Source of the DNA: an uncultured Cytophagales bacterium
GTDB taxonomy: Bacteria > Bacteroidota > Bacteroidia > Cytophagales > JAAEPT01
NCBI GenBank assembly: GCA_963815495.1
Contig: CAWFGW010000001.1
Location: 65,873-129,872 of the forward strand
Direction: 5' to 3'
DNA: 64,000 nucleotides
The position numbers and the translations under genes were made by a program. Shown in pieces: positions 27,392 to 35,197 of this stretch. How positions within the stretch are numbered: the first letter of the stretch is position 1; each line of letters begins with the position of its first letter. The notes under the pieces were generated by a model that saw nothing but the letters and a program-made list of their open reading frames with translations, was not told the DNA's origin and searched no databases.

Positions 27392-27829
27392 ATGAGAAAT
27401 TATTTAATCATTATGTTACTATCTTTTATAGTATTTACAACATTCTCTCAGACTAAAAAAACTAATGTTTTTAATGTTTATTTTGGAGCGTACTCTCTTG
27501 ATGAATATAAGGAATTAGATTCTGATACTTACAATTATATTTTTAGAATGAAAAGTATGGCGTATTCACAGATTGAAGAATATTTTTCGCCTTTCAACAC
27601 TTCAAGTTTATCAGAATTCATAACGGAGATGAATAAATGGAAAAACTTTATTAATAAGAATGAAATTAATGTTTTACAAGACTTCGGTGATTATAGCTTT
27701 ATTATAATTGAAAAAATGGGTAAAAAGGGAATCAAAATCTCAATGAATAATCGAAATGATCAATATTCTGAAATTGGAATTAAACAAATTGATAAGATTT
27801 TGAAAGAAGTAGATTCTTATACTAAATAA
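27392..27829 (+). CDS. hypothetical secreted protein
   Basis: The ORF track starts at a TTG (27365). The ATG at 27392 gives the signal-like MRNYLIIMLLSFIVFTTFSQ. No family recognised. Confidence 0.4.
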   Translation: MRNYLIIMLLSFIVFTTFSQTKKTNVFNVYFGAYSLDEYKELDSDTYNYIFRMKSMAYSQIEEYFSPFNTSSLSEFITEMNKWKNFINKNEINVLQDFGDYSFIIIEKMGKKGIKISMNNRNDQYSEIGIKQIDKILKEVDSYTK

Positions 27830-27860
27830 CTTCAACACTGAATTAAAGGTTGTTAGTCAT

Positions 27861-28142
27861 CTATTTAAACAGGATTGGGATATTAAACTTCAATTTATTG
27901 ACCACATTATTTGTGTTGTTAGAGTTTTCTTTCCCACCTAATTCAAGAACTTTTATAACAAAACCACCTTTGATTTCAGAAGATTCAGATTTACTGCTTA
28001 ATACAGTAATATCAAATTCAACACTTGTTGGAAGGTTTGTGGTAGAAACCCCATTATCTTTTGATAACATCACCCCCTTTTTTATCTGAATTAGTGTTTC
28101 TGAAATGTACTTTTCTAAATCTGGTAAATTCGATGTGTCCAT
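27861..28142 (-). CDS. small trypco2-like (trypsin-co-occurring domain 2-like) protein
   Basis: 93 aa. An N-terminal helix, then VEFDITV...GGFVIKVLELGG...NKLKFNI, which resembles the trypco2 pattern from memory. Confidence 0.35.
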   Translation of the reverse strand: MDTSNLPDLEKYISETLIQIKKGVMLSKDNGVSTTNLPTSVEFDITVLSSKSESSEIKGGFVIKVLELGGKENSNNTNNVVNKLKFNIPILFK

Positions 28143-28194
28143 AGTAAAAGATTTTTTATAGTATAAGATAATAAATAGTATTGTTAACTAGCTT

Positions 28195-28360
28195 CCAATC
28201 CTTCTATTTTATTCTTTCTATTTATTAGATGTTAGACTGTTAGATATGAGAAGCTAGATAGTCTTCGAAATTTTCTTGATTCTTGCATCTAGGATCTTGG
28301 CTCTAATCAAGTCTTTCTACCTTCTACAAAGTCTAGCATCTTGCTACTTGACTCTTGGAT
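28195..28360 (-). repeat. word-repeat spacer between lysA and the trypco2-like ORF
   Basis: Holds exact or near-exact copies of motifs in the trpC-trpF spacer (28310-28327, 28273-28290, 28348-28358) and in the 23.34-23.41 kb spacer (28238-28250, 28212-28222). Confidence 0.8.
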
Positions 28361-29596
28361 CTAGAAATCTATCTCCACCTGCCCTCGCATCAAATCCTCA
28401 AACGTATCCCGTGCACGAATAAGTTTTGCTTCGCCTTTATAAATCATCACTTCCGCAGGGCGAAAACGGGCGTTAAAATTGGAAGCCATCATGTAGCCAT
28501 AAGCCCCCGCATTTTTGAAAGCAAGAATATCACCTTCTTTAGTCCGGGGTAAGTCCCGATCCGTAGCGAAGGTATCTGTTTCACAAATATTACCGACTAT
28601 ATTATAAACATGTGTTTCTGTATCGGTAGTGTTGCTCAAGTTTATAATATCGTGATGCGCATCGTACATCATGGGTCGAATCAAGTGGTTAAAACCAGAA
28701 TCTACTCCAATGAAAGTACAGGCAGGTGTTTCTTTAATGATGTTGGTTGTCACTAGAAAATACCCTGACTCACTGACCAAGAACTTTCCTGGCTCAAACC
28801 ATATTTCCAACTCTCTACCGTATTCTTCGCAGAATTTAGAGAAGGCTTCAGTCATACTTTTACCTAGTTTTTCAATATCAGTAACATGAGCACCTTCATA
28901 ATAGGCTACTTTAAAACCACTACCAAAGTCTAAAAATTGCAAGTCGGCAAAGTTTTTAGCGGCTTTAAATACGATGGCAGCACCTTTCATCCACACTTCG
29001 GTGTCTAAGATGTCAGAGCCTGTATGCACGTGGATACCCTCCACATTTAAATCTAATTTGTTGACGACCTCTATCACTTCATCCAATTGAAGAATAGAAA
29101 TCCCAAATTTAGATCCGACATGACCCACTTGAATGTTTTTATTTCCTCCAGCAGTAATGTGTGGGTTAATCCGAATACAAATTGGAACAGATGAACCGTA
29201 TTTAGCGCCAAATTTCTCCAGAAAGGGAATGTTGTCAATGTTGATATGTACACCAAGATCTACCGCTTCTTCAATTTCTGAGAAAGCCACACAGTTGGGG
29301 GTATACATGATAGCCTCTTTTGCGAAACCAGCTAAAAAAGCCATTTTGACTTCGTTGATGGAAACAGCATCACAACCAGCCCCTTCGTTTTTTAGCAGTC
29401 GAAGTACATTGATATTCGTAAGGGATTTACAAGCAAACTTCAATTTCACATCTAAACCGCTGAACGCACTTTTTAATTGGTGATATTGAGCACTGATTTT
29501 TTCAGCATCGTAAACATATACTGGAGAGCCAAATTGGTTTACCACATCCGTCAATGCTACGCCTTGTACTTGATATTGTCCGTTTACTAATTCCAT
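28361..29596 (-). CDS. lysA: diaminopimelate decarboxylase
   Basis: ORF 28361..29620. The likely start is MELVNGQY (29596). PLP Lys region (FACKS) and the CETDT(F) motif near the C-terminus. Confidence 0.88.
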   Translation of the reverse strand: MELVNGQYQVQGVALTDVVNQFGSPVYVYDAEKISAQYHQLKSAFSGLDVKLKFACKSLTNINVLRLLKNEGAGCDAVSINEVKMAFLAGFAKEAIMYTPNCVAFSEIEEAVDLGVHINIDNIPFLEKFGAKYGSSVPICIRINPHITAGGNKNIQVGHVGSKFGISILQLDEVIEVVNKLDLNVEGIHVHTGSDILDTEVWMKGAAIVFKAAKNFADLQFLDFGSGFKVAYYEGAHVTDIEKLGKSMTEAFSKFCEEYGRELEIWFEPGKFLVSESGYFLVTTNIIKETPACTFIGVDSGFNHLIRPMMYDAHHDIINLSNTTDTETHVYNIVGNICETDTFATDRDLPRTKEGDILAFKNAGAYGYMMASNFNARFRPAEVMIYKGEAKLIRARDTFEDLMRGQVEIDF

Positions 29597-29796
29597 TTTT
29601 TTAAAATTACAGGGCTGCAAAGATAGAATTAATATTTTTTAAAAATTAACGATCACCGCTGAATCATAACTTGACGATATTATTTTTGAAAAGTAGGTTT
29701 TAGAGTAATTACAGAGATGGTGTGATGAAAAAAAATATTAACACTTTAAAAATAAAATTAAAAATGTATTTTTAATAACTATTTAAATTTAGTGTT

Positions 29797-30627
29797 ATGA
29801 AAACAAGAATATTCCTATTACTTATTTCTTCTTTGTTGGTGCTGAGTTGTGAAAAAGATAAGAAAGAAGATGAAACTATTCAAAACGACAAAGTTCAGGA
29901 GACTAAAGATAATCCAATTACTTATGGCGCATGGTCTTCTAGTAATGATTTAACTCGAATTAATATAGACCAAAATGGAGTAGAGTTTTGCAATATAAAA
30001 GTTCATGAAATTTATGGAGCAAGTACAACTTCAAAGATATATAAAGGTTGGATAGTAGATGGTGAGGAACAGGCAGCCGAAGGAGCAATTTTTAGATATT
30101 TTGTTCAAGGTGGAGATTTGTACATTAGAGACCCAGATGACAATGTGGCGGGTCCTTATTTTAAAAGAGAGGGAGGCTTTTCATGTTCTTATGAAGTTGA
30201 TAAACCTGAGGCTGATACTAGTATGTATGGTAATTGGACTTTGTATGAAAAAATTGATAAAGGTCAAGAGAAGTATGGAGGTTATCAAGTATGTAATGAA
30301 GTTACTCAAACATGTTCAACAAAATATTCTTATTTAGATATTTATGAGGAGACTACGATAAATCTTTCGATTGGAAAAGGTGGTGCGAGTGGTTGCGGAC
30401 ATTTTTTTAGTAATGCATTTGGTGGGTCTGGTTATGACGAAAAAGTCGATTTACGTTTATCTTGTTATGATTTAGCTTTATCTTATACGTGTACTGGAAA
30501 TGTTTATTTTTCACTTAATCCAGATGGAAACCTTGAAATTGAAATTATAGATGAAAGTTATAGAGTTGAAGGAAACTACATTCTGAAAAAGTCAGCTTCA
30601 TCATTTAACTGCCCCGATCTCTACTAA
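29797..30627 (+). CDS. hypothetical lipoprotein
   Basis: 276 aa with the lipobox LLVLSC. No family recognised. Confidence 0.45.
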   Translation: MKTRIFLLLISSLLVLSCEKDKKEDETIQNDKVQETKDNPITYGAWSSSNDLTRINIDQNGVEFCNIKVHEIYGASTTSKIYKGWIVDGEEQAAEGAIFRYFVQGGDLYIRDPDDNVAGPYFKREGGFSCSYEVDKPEADTSMYGNWTLYEKIDKGQEKYGGYQVCNEVTQTCSTKYSYLDIYEETTINLSIGKGGASGCGHFFSNAFGGSGYDEKVDLRLSCYDLALSYTCTGNVYFSLNPDGNLEIEIIDESYRVEGNYILKKSASSFNCPDLY

Positions 30628-30666
30628 AAAATAACTTAGGTTTTTACAATTCTTCCAAACTCTTTA

Positions 30667-30674
30667 TATATTTG
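30667..30674 (+). promoter_or_regulatory. candidate -7 box TATATTTG for the trp operon
   Basis: Perfect TAnnTTTG ending 4 nt before the leader ATG. No clear -33 TTTG was seen. Confidence 0.35.
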
Positions 30675-30678
30675 CCCT

Positions 30679-30732
30679 ATGCATTTACAAACTACAGTTG
30701 CAAAAAATTGGTGGTGGCTTGATAAAAATTAA
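30679..30732 (+). CDS. trpL: trp operon leader peptide MHLQTTVAKNWWWLDKN
   Basis: 17 codons with TGG TGG TGG at 30709-30717. Located between a -7-like box and a terminator directly upstream of trpE. Confidence 0.7.
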   Translation: MHLQTTVAKNWWWLDKN

Positions 30733-30784
30733 TTATCAGGCGAAGAGTGCTATATAAAAAAGAATTTGAATCATTAAATTATAT

Positions 30785-30818
30785 AAGCTTACTGCACGCA
30801 GTAAGCTTTTTTTATTTT
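30785..30818 (+). terminator. trp attenuator (intrinsic terminator)
   Basis: aagcttactg-cacg-cagtaagctt (10-bp stem) followed by tttttatttt. trpE ATG at 30824. Confidence 0.75.
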
Positions 30819-30823
30819 AAGGT

Positions 30824-32230
30824 ATGAGTAAAATTAACTTCAACACCAATTTCAAAAAGATCCTGGGCGACACGTATACCCCAGTAGGTATTTATTTGCG
30901 GTTTCGAGACAAATACCCGAATAGTATTATCATGGAAAGTTCTGATTATCATGGTAATGAACACAGCTATTCGTACATCTGCTTCGACCCAATTTCTAAG
31001 TTTGTGGTGGAGAAAAACACCATTTATCAGCAGTTACCTGATGGCGAGTTGACTACCAAAACAATTGCTAAACGGCAGGATGTGACAGAAGGATTACAAG
31101 CCTATGCAACTAGTTTTTCTTATGATAAACCGAAGGTGCCTTACATCACCCATGGCTTGTTTGGCTATTCGTCATACAATGCAGTAAGGTACTTTGAAGA
31201 CATAGAAATAGATGAATTTGAATCGGACGAAAGAGCCATCCCTGACTTATATTACCAGATTTACCGTTATGTGTTAGTGTATAGTCATCAGCAAGATGAA
31301 ATATATATCTACGAACACCTGAGAGAGGGTGAGGAAAGCAGGATGGATGTCGTGTTAGAAACGTTGAATCGAAAAGATTTTTCAGCATACGACTTCACTT
31401 CTGGTGATGATGAAACATCAAACTTCACTGATGATGAATTTTTAAAAATTCTTCAGAAAGGTATGGATCACTGCTATCGGGGTGATGTTTTTCAGATGGT
31501 GCTTTCAAGACGCTTTCAGCAAAGTTTCAAGGGCGATGAGTTTCAGGTGTATCGTGCTTTGCGTCATATTAACCCTTCGCCTTATTTGTTTTTTTTTGAT
31601 TTTGGAGGGTTTAAAATCTTTGGTTCTTCCCCAGAGGCTCAAATTGTGATTGATGACGGGAAAGCTACGATTTTCCCCATTGCAGGTACATTTAAACGCA
31701 CAGGCAACGATGAGGAAGATCGAGCGTTGGCAAAAAAATTATTTGACGATCCCAAAGAAAACTCAGAACACGTAATGCTAGTGGACTTAGCTCGAAATGA
31801 TTTGAGCCGTCATGGTTCAGAAGTAACAGTAGAAACCTTTAAAGAGATTCAGTTTTACTCCCACGTCATACACTTAGTGTCAAAGGTTACAGGTAAAATG
31901 GATGATGTCACCCAGTCAATCCAGCTGGCTGCAGACACATTTCCCGCAGGAACGTTGTCTGGAGCACCCAAATACATGGCAATGAAACTTATTAACCAAT
32001 ATGAAAACAACTGTCGTGGTTATTATGGTGGTGCTATAGGTTATATGGGTTTTGAGGGTGAGTTTAATCATGCCATCATGATTCGGACAATTTTGAGCAA
32101 AAGTAACAACCTCTATTATCAAGCAGGCGCTGGGGTAGTGGCTAAATCAACTATTGAAAGCGAGTTACAGGAAGTACATAACAAGTTATTGGCACCAAAA
32201 ACAGCTATTGAGTTGGCGAATAAGATATAA
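30824..32230 (+). CDS. trpE: anthranilate synthase component I
   Basis: 468 aa with chorismate-binding motifs (INPSPYLFF, GTLSGAPK, GYYGGAIGY). Confidence 0.93.
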   Translation: MSKINFNTNFKKILGDTYTPVGIYLRFRDKYPNSIIMESSDYHGNEHSYSYICFDPISKFVVEKNTIYQQLPDGELTTKTIAKRQDVTEGLQAYATSFSYDKPKVPYITHGLFGYSSYNAVRYFEDIEIDEFESDERAIPDLYYQIYRYVLVYSHQQDEIYIYEHLREGEESRMDVVLETLNRKDFSAYDFTSGDDETSNFTDDEFLKILQKGMDHCYRGDVFQMVLSRRFQQSFKGDEFQVYRALRHINPSPYLFFFDFGGFKIFGSSPEAQIVIDDGKATIFPIAGTFKRTGNDEEDRALAKKLFDDPKENSEHVMLVDLARNDLSRHGSEVTVETFKEIQFYSHVIHLVSKVTGKMDDVTQSIQLAADTFPAGTLSGAPKYMAMKLINQYENNCRGYYGGAIGYMGFEGEFNHAIMIRTILSKSNNLYYQAGAGVVAKSTIESELQEVHNKLLAPKTAIELANKI

Positions 32231-32346
32231 AGACGGAAAGCGGAAAAATGTAGGAATGGTTAACCTAATAATGTCAATCGTAAGTTCCGTTAAGCGTCTA
32301 GCGTTGCACGTTCTTCCGTTTCCCCGTTAACTGTAAAAAGAAAACA

Positions 32347-32919
32347 ATGAAAATACTAGTCTTAGATAATTACGATTCGTTTACCTACAACTTGGTACAC
32401 ATCATTCGCGAAGCGGGCTATGGTGCTGATCTGGATGTAATTCGTAACGATAAAATCACAGTAGAAGAAGTCGCCAAGTACGACAAAATTCTTCTTTCTC
32501 CTGGCCCAGGAATTCCAGTAGAAGCAGGTATTATGATGGACTTAATAAAAACATATGCACCAACAAAGAGTATTTTAGGTGTATGTTTAGGTCATCAAGG
32601 CATTTGTGAGGCATTTGGAGCTACGTTGACCAACATGAAACATGTCTTACATGGTATTGGAATGCAAACAACCGTCCTTGACCAAGCAGATTATTTGTTT
32701 CAAGGGATTAACAATGAATTTACCACAGGTCGATACCACAGTTGGGTTGCTGAAAAGTCAACCATTGCTGATCCCATGGAAATCACTGCTCTCAGCGAAG
32801 ACGACTACGTGATGGCTGCGAAACATAAAACTTATGATGTCCGCGGGGTACAGTTTCACCCTGAATCCGTATTGACACCTGGTGGAAAACAGATTGTGTT
32901 GAATTGGCTTGATAACTAG
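32347..32919 (+). CDS. trpG: anthranilate synthase component II (glutamine amidotransferase)
   Basis: 190 aa. GATase1 catalytic GVCLGHQ and HPES. Confidence 0.92.
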   Translation: MKILVLDNYDSFTYNLVHIIREAGYGADLDVIRNDKITVEEVAKYDKILLSPGPGIPVEAGIMMDLIKTYAPTKSILGVCLGHQGICEAFGATLTNMKHVLHGIGMQTTVLDQADYLFQGINNEFTTGRYHSWVAEKSTIADPMEITALSEDDYVMAAKHKTYDVRGVQFHPESVLTPGGKQIVLNWLDN

Positions 32920-32921
32920 TG

Positions 32922-33000
32922 AATAGTTAATAATGAAGAATTAATAATTATTTAAAAACGTCATTGCGAGGAAGGAGGTACGACTGACGTGGCAATCTTT
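32922..33000 (+). repeat. REP/MITE-like unit, copy A (aatagttaataatgaaKaattaataatt...cgtcattgcgagg...ctgacgtggcaatct)
   Basis: Near-identical to 34125-34198 apart from a short indel and a few substitutions. Confidence 0.85.
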
Positions 33001-33026
33001 CAATCGCAAACGAACATATAATTTGA

Positions 33027-33055
33027 GATGTCATCTCGAGGTTAGAGGAATCTTT
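33027..33055 (+). repeat. degenerate short unit (gatgtcatctcgaggttagaggaatcttt)
   Basis: Shares gtcatYKcgagg...aatcttt with unit A. Confidence 0.5.
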
Positions 33056-33101
33056 AGTATATAATTCTTTACTCATCAAAAATGACATCGAAGTAAAAAT
33101 A

Positions 33102-33131
33102 AAAGATTGCCGCGCTACGCTCGCACTGACA
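33102..33131 (-). repeat. inverted short unit (aaagattgccgcgctacgctcgcactgaca)
   Basis: Its reverse complement tgtcagtgcgagcgtagcgcggcaatcttt parallels unit A. aaagattgcc is the exact complement of ggcaatcttt at 32991-33000. Confidence 0.7.
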
Positions 33132-33143
33132 AATAGAGAAAAA

Positions 33144-34133
33144 ATGAAAGAACTATTACACCACCTATTCGCCCATAACACATTATCAAGAGAACAAGCT
33201 AAATCGGTTTTGATGGAGATTGGTGAAGGCAAACATGTGCCCATGCAGATTGCTACCTTCCTGACAGTGTTCAGTATGCGTAGCATCACTGTGGAAGAGT
33301 TGCTCGGCTTTAGAGATGCGATGTTAGAAATGGTGGTGAAGGTGGATTTGAGTGAATTCACTCCGTTAGACATTGTAGGAACTGGAGGCGATGGAAAAGA
33401 TACGTTCAATATCTCTACTACCAGTGCTTTTGTGACGGCTGGTGCAGGTTACAAAATTGCAAAACACGGCAACTATGGGGTGTCTTCAAGTTGTGGATCA
33501 TCCAATGTGTTGGAATATTTGGGGGTCAAGTTTAGCAATGAAGAAGCGGTATTAAAATCACAATTGGAGAAGTCTGGCTTTTGTATGCTTCACGCTCCCC
33601 TTTTTCATCCAGCCATGAGATATGCTGCGCCCGTTCGAAAGGAAATGCAGGTACGCACCTTCTTTAATATGCTTGGACCAATGATAAACCCCTGCTACCC
33701 TAAACATCAGTTTTTGGGAGTCTATAGTTTGGAGTTGTTGCGATTATATGGCTATATGTATCAAAGGACAGATATAACTTACAACATAGTACATGCTTTA
33801 GATGTGTATGATGAAGTCTCGCTGACCTGTCCTGTAAAAATAATGTCAAACCGGGGAGAAGCCTTGTTAGAGCCAAAAGACTTTGGGTTCAAACAAATCA
33901 CTCAGAAAGAATTATGGGGAGGAGCCTCTATTGAAGAGTCTGCTAAAATTTTGGTCAATATCTTAAAAGGAGATGGCACCGAAGCGCAAACCAATGCTGT
34001 ATTAGCAAATGCTGGTTTAGCTATACAAACCATGGAACAAACGTGGTCGTTAAGTGATTGTATTGCCAAAGCGAGGGAGTCGATAGATTCAGGGGAAGCA
34101 TTCGCTTCACTGAATGTTTTAATTAATAGTTAA
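33144..34133 (+). CDS. trpD: anthranilate phosphoribosyltransferase
   Basis: 329 aa. GTGGDG and NxxGP motifs. Confidence 0.92.
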   Translation: MKELLHHLFAHNTLSREQAKSVLMEIGEGKHVPMQIATFLTVFSMRSITVEELLGFRDAMLEMVVKVDLSEFTPLDIVGTGGDGKDTFNISTTSAFVTAGAGYKIAKHGNYGVSSSCGSSNVLEYLGVKFSNEEAVLKSQLEKSGFCMLHAPLFHPAMRYAAPVRKEMQVRTFFNMLGPMINPCYPKHQFLGVYSLELLRLYGYMYQRTDITYNIVHALDVYDEVSLTCPVKIMSNRGEALLEPKDFGFKQITQKELWGGASIEESAKILVNILKGDGTEAQTNAVLANAGLAIQTMEQTWSLSDCIAKARESIDSGEAFASLNVLINS

Positions 34134-34198
34134 TAATGAATAATTAATAATTTTCCGTCATTGCGAGGAAGAAGGCACGCCTGACGTGGCAATCTCTT
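34125..34198 (+). repeat. REP/MITE-like unit, copy B (overlaps the trpD stop codon)
   Basis: See copy A. The trpD TAA (34131-34133) lies inside the repeat. Confidence 0.85.
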
Positions 34199-34223
34199 CA
34201 TCGGATAACGTTTTCAAAATATT

Positions 34224-34264
34224 AAGATTACACACGTCCTGCTAGAGCAGGACTGGTAATGACG
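34224..34264 (-). repeat. inverted partner of copy B
   Basis: Its reverse complement cgtcattaccagtcctgctctagcaggacgtgtgtaatctt parallels cgtcattgcgagg...ggcaatctctt. Contains the internal palindrome gtcctgc-taga-gcaggac (34236-34253). Confidence 0.7.
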
Positions 34265-34274
34265 TAAGACAAAA

Positions 34275-35069
34275 ATGAACATACTAGATAAGATAGTCGC
34301 AAACACACAAGGAGAAGTCGCTGCACGTAAGTCGCTAGTGACTGTTGCTGAATTGGAAAAATCACCTCTTTTCAACCGAACACCTTTGGTGGTGAAAGAC
34401 TTTATTCGCAACCCAGCTAATTCGGGTATCATTGCGGAGATAAAAAAGAAAAGTCCTTCGAAAGGTATTATCAATGATAAAATTGATGTGGTAGAAGTGG
34501 GAAAAGGCTACGAAGCTGCTGGCGCATCGTGCATTTCTTGCTTAACTGATTTTGAGTTTTTCGGTGGTAAAATGGAATATCTTACTGCCGTAAAAAAAGC
34601 AGTGAACATACCCGTACTTCGCAAAGACTTCATGATTGATGAATATCAAGTCATCGAAGCGAAAGCTATTGGGGCGGATATGATTTTGCTGATAGCTGCT
34701 TGTTTGACTCCAGTAGAGTTAGAAAACTTAGCCAAGCTGGCAAAGAGTTTAGGTCTTTCTGTATTAATGGAAGTGCATGATGAAGAAGAATTAAAACGCA
34801 GTATCAACCCGTATTTGGATTTGGTAGGCGTAAACAACCGAAACCTCAAAACCTTTGAAGTTTCAGTGGAAACATCTATCCGTTTGGCAGCATTAATCCC
34901 TGATGAATTCTTAAAAGTATCAGAGAGTGGCTTGACTGATGTTTCTGTCATTCCCAGCTTAAAAGCTGCTGGTTACGAAAGTTTCTTGATTGGCGAGACT
35001 TTTATGCGAGAACAAGATCCTGCGAAATGTTTGGCAGAGTATATATCAAAAATGAAGATAGAAGGATAA
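34275..35069 (+). CDS. trpC: indole-3-glycerol phosphate synthase
   Basis: 264 aa. IAEIKKKSPSKG, LRKDF and NNRNL motifs. Confidence 0.92.
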   Translation: MNILDKIVANTQGEVAARKSLVTVAELEKSPLFNRTPLVVKDFIRNPANSGIIAEIKKKSPSKGIINDKIDVVEVGKGYEAAGASCISCLTDFEFFGGKMEYLTAVKKAVNIPVLRKDFMIDEYQVIEAKAIGADMILLIAACLTPVELENLAKLAKSLGLSVLMEVHDEEELKRSINPYLDLVGVNNRNLKTFEVSVETSIRLAALIPDEFLKVSESGLTDVSVIPSLKAAGYESFLIGETFMREQDPAKCLAEYISKMKIEG

Positions 35070-35071
35070 AA

Positions 35072-35149
35072 GTAGAAGGTAGAAAGACTCTGGAGAACCA
35101 AGATGCAAGAGTCAAGAATTAGAAGAATAATGTAGAAGGTAGAAAGACT
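35072..35149 (+). repeat. word module: GTAGAAGGTAGAAAGACT twice (35072-35089, 35132-35149) around AGATGCAAGAGTCAAGAA (35101-35118)
   Basis: Exact 18-mer duplicated 60 nt apart. The same module sits on the sense strand 3' of lysA. Confidence 0.85.
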
Positions 35150-35157
35150 TAAAAATC

Positions 35158-35197
35158 AACTTAAAACTTATCACTTACAACTAAAAAACTCAACAAC
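35158..35197 (+). repeat. 40-nt pre-start element (copy 2), abutting the trpF TTG start
   Basis: aacttaaaacttatcacttacaactaaaaaactcaacaac-TTG. The first 14 nt are identical to the M23 copy, and the remainder differs by several substitutions and one indel. Confidence 0.8.

Noticed and set aside
29597-29796. A lysine riboswitch upstream of lysA
   Set aside because: The region is extremely AT-rich. It lacks the GC-containing helices and conserved L-box core that I would expect.
32948-33409. A 153-aa minus-strand ORF spans the trpG-trpD spacer and the 5' part of trpD
   Set aside because: It is antisense to a well-supported trpD. It runs through the repeat units and has a low-complexity, Ser/Thr/Asn-rich composition. 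It is a shadow ORF. The same reasoning applies to other antisense ORFs in the track, such as 3609..3962, 11962..12393, 17344..17805, 20207..20530, 34646..34951, 42698..43007, 52164..52595 and 63602..63901.
35072-35149. Possible CRISPR-like array (an 18-mer repeated 60 nt apart)
   Set aside because: Only two copies are present. There are no cas genes in the window, and the same 18-mer occurs singly elsewhere (28310-28327). It behaves as an intergenic word repeat, not a CRISPR array.
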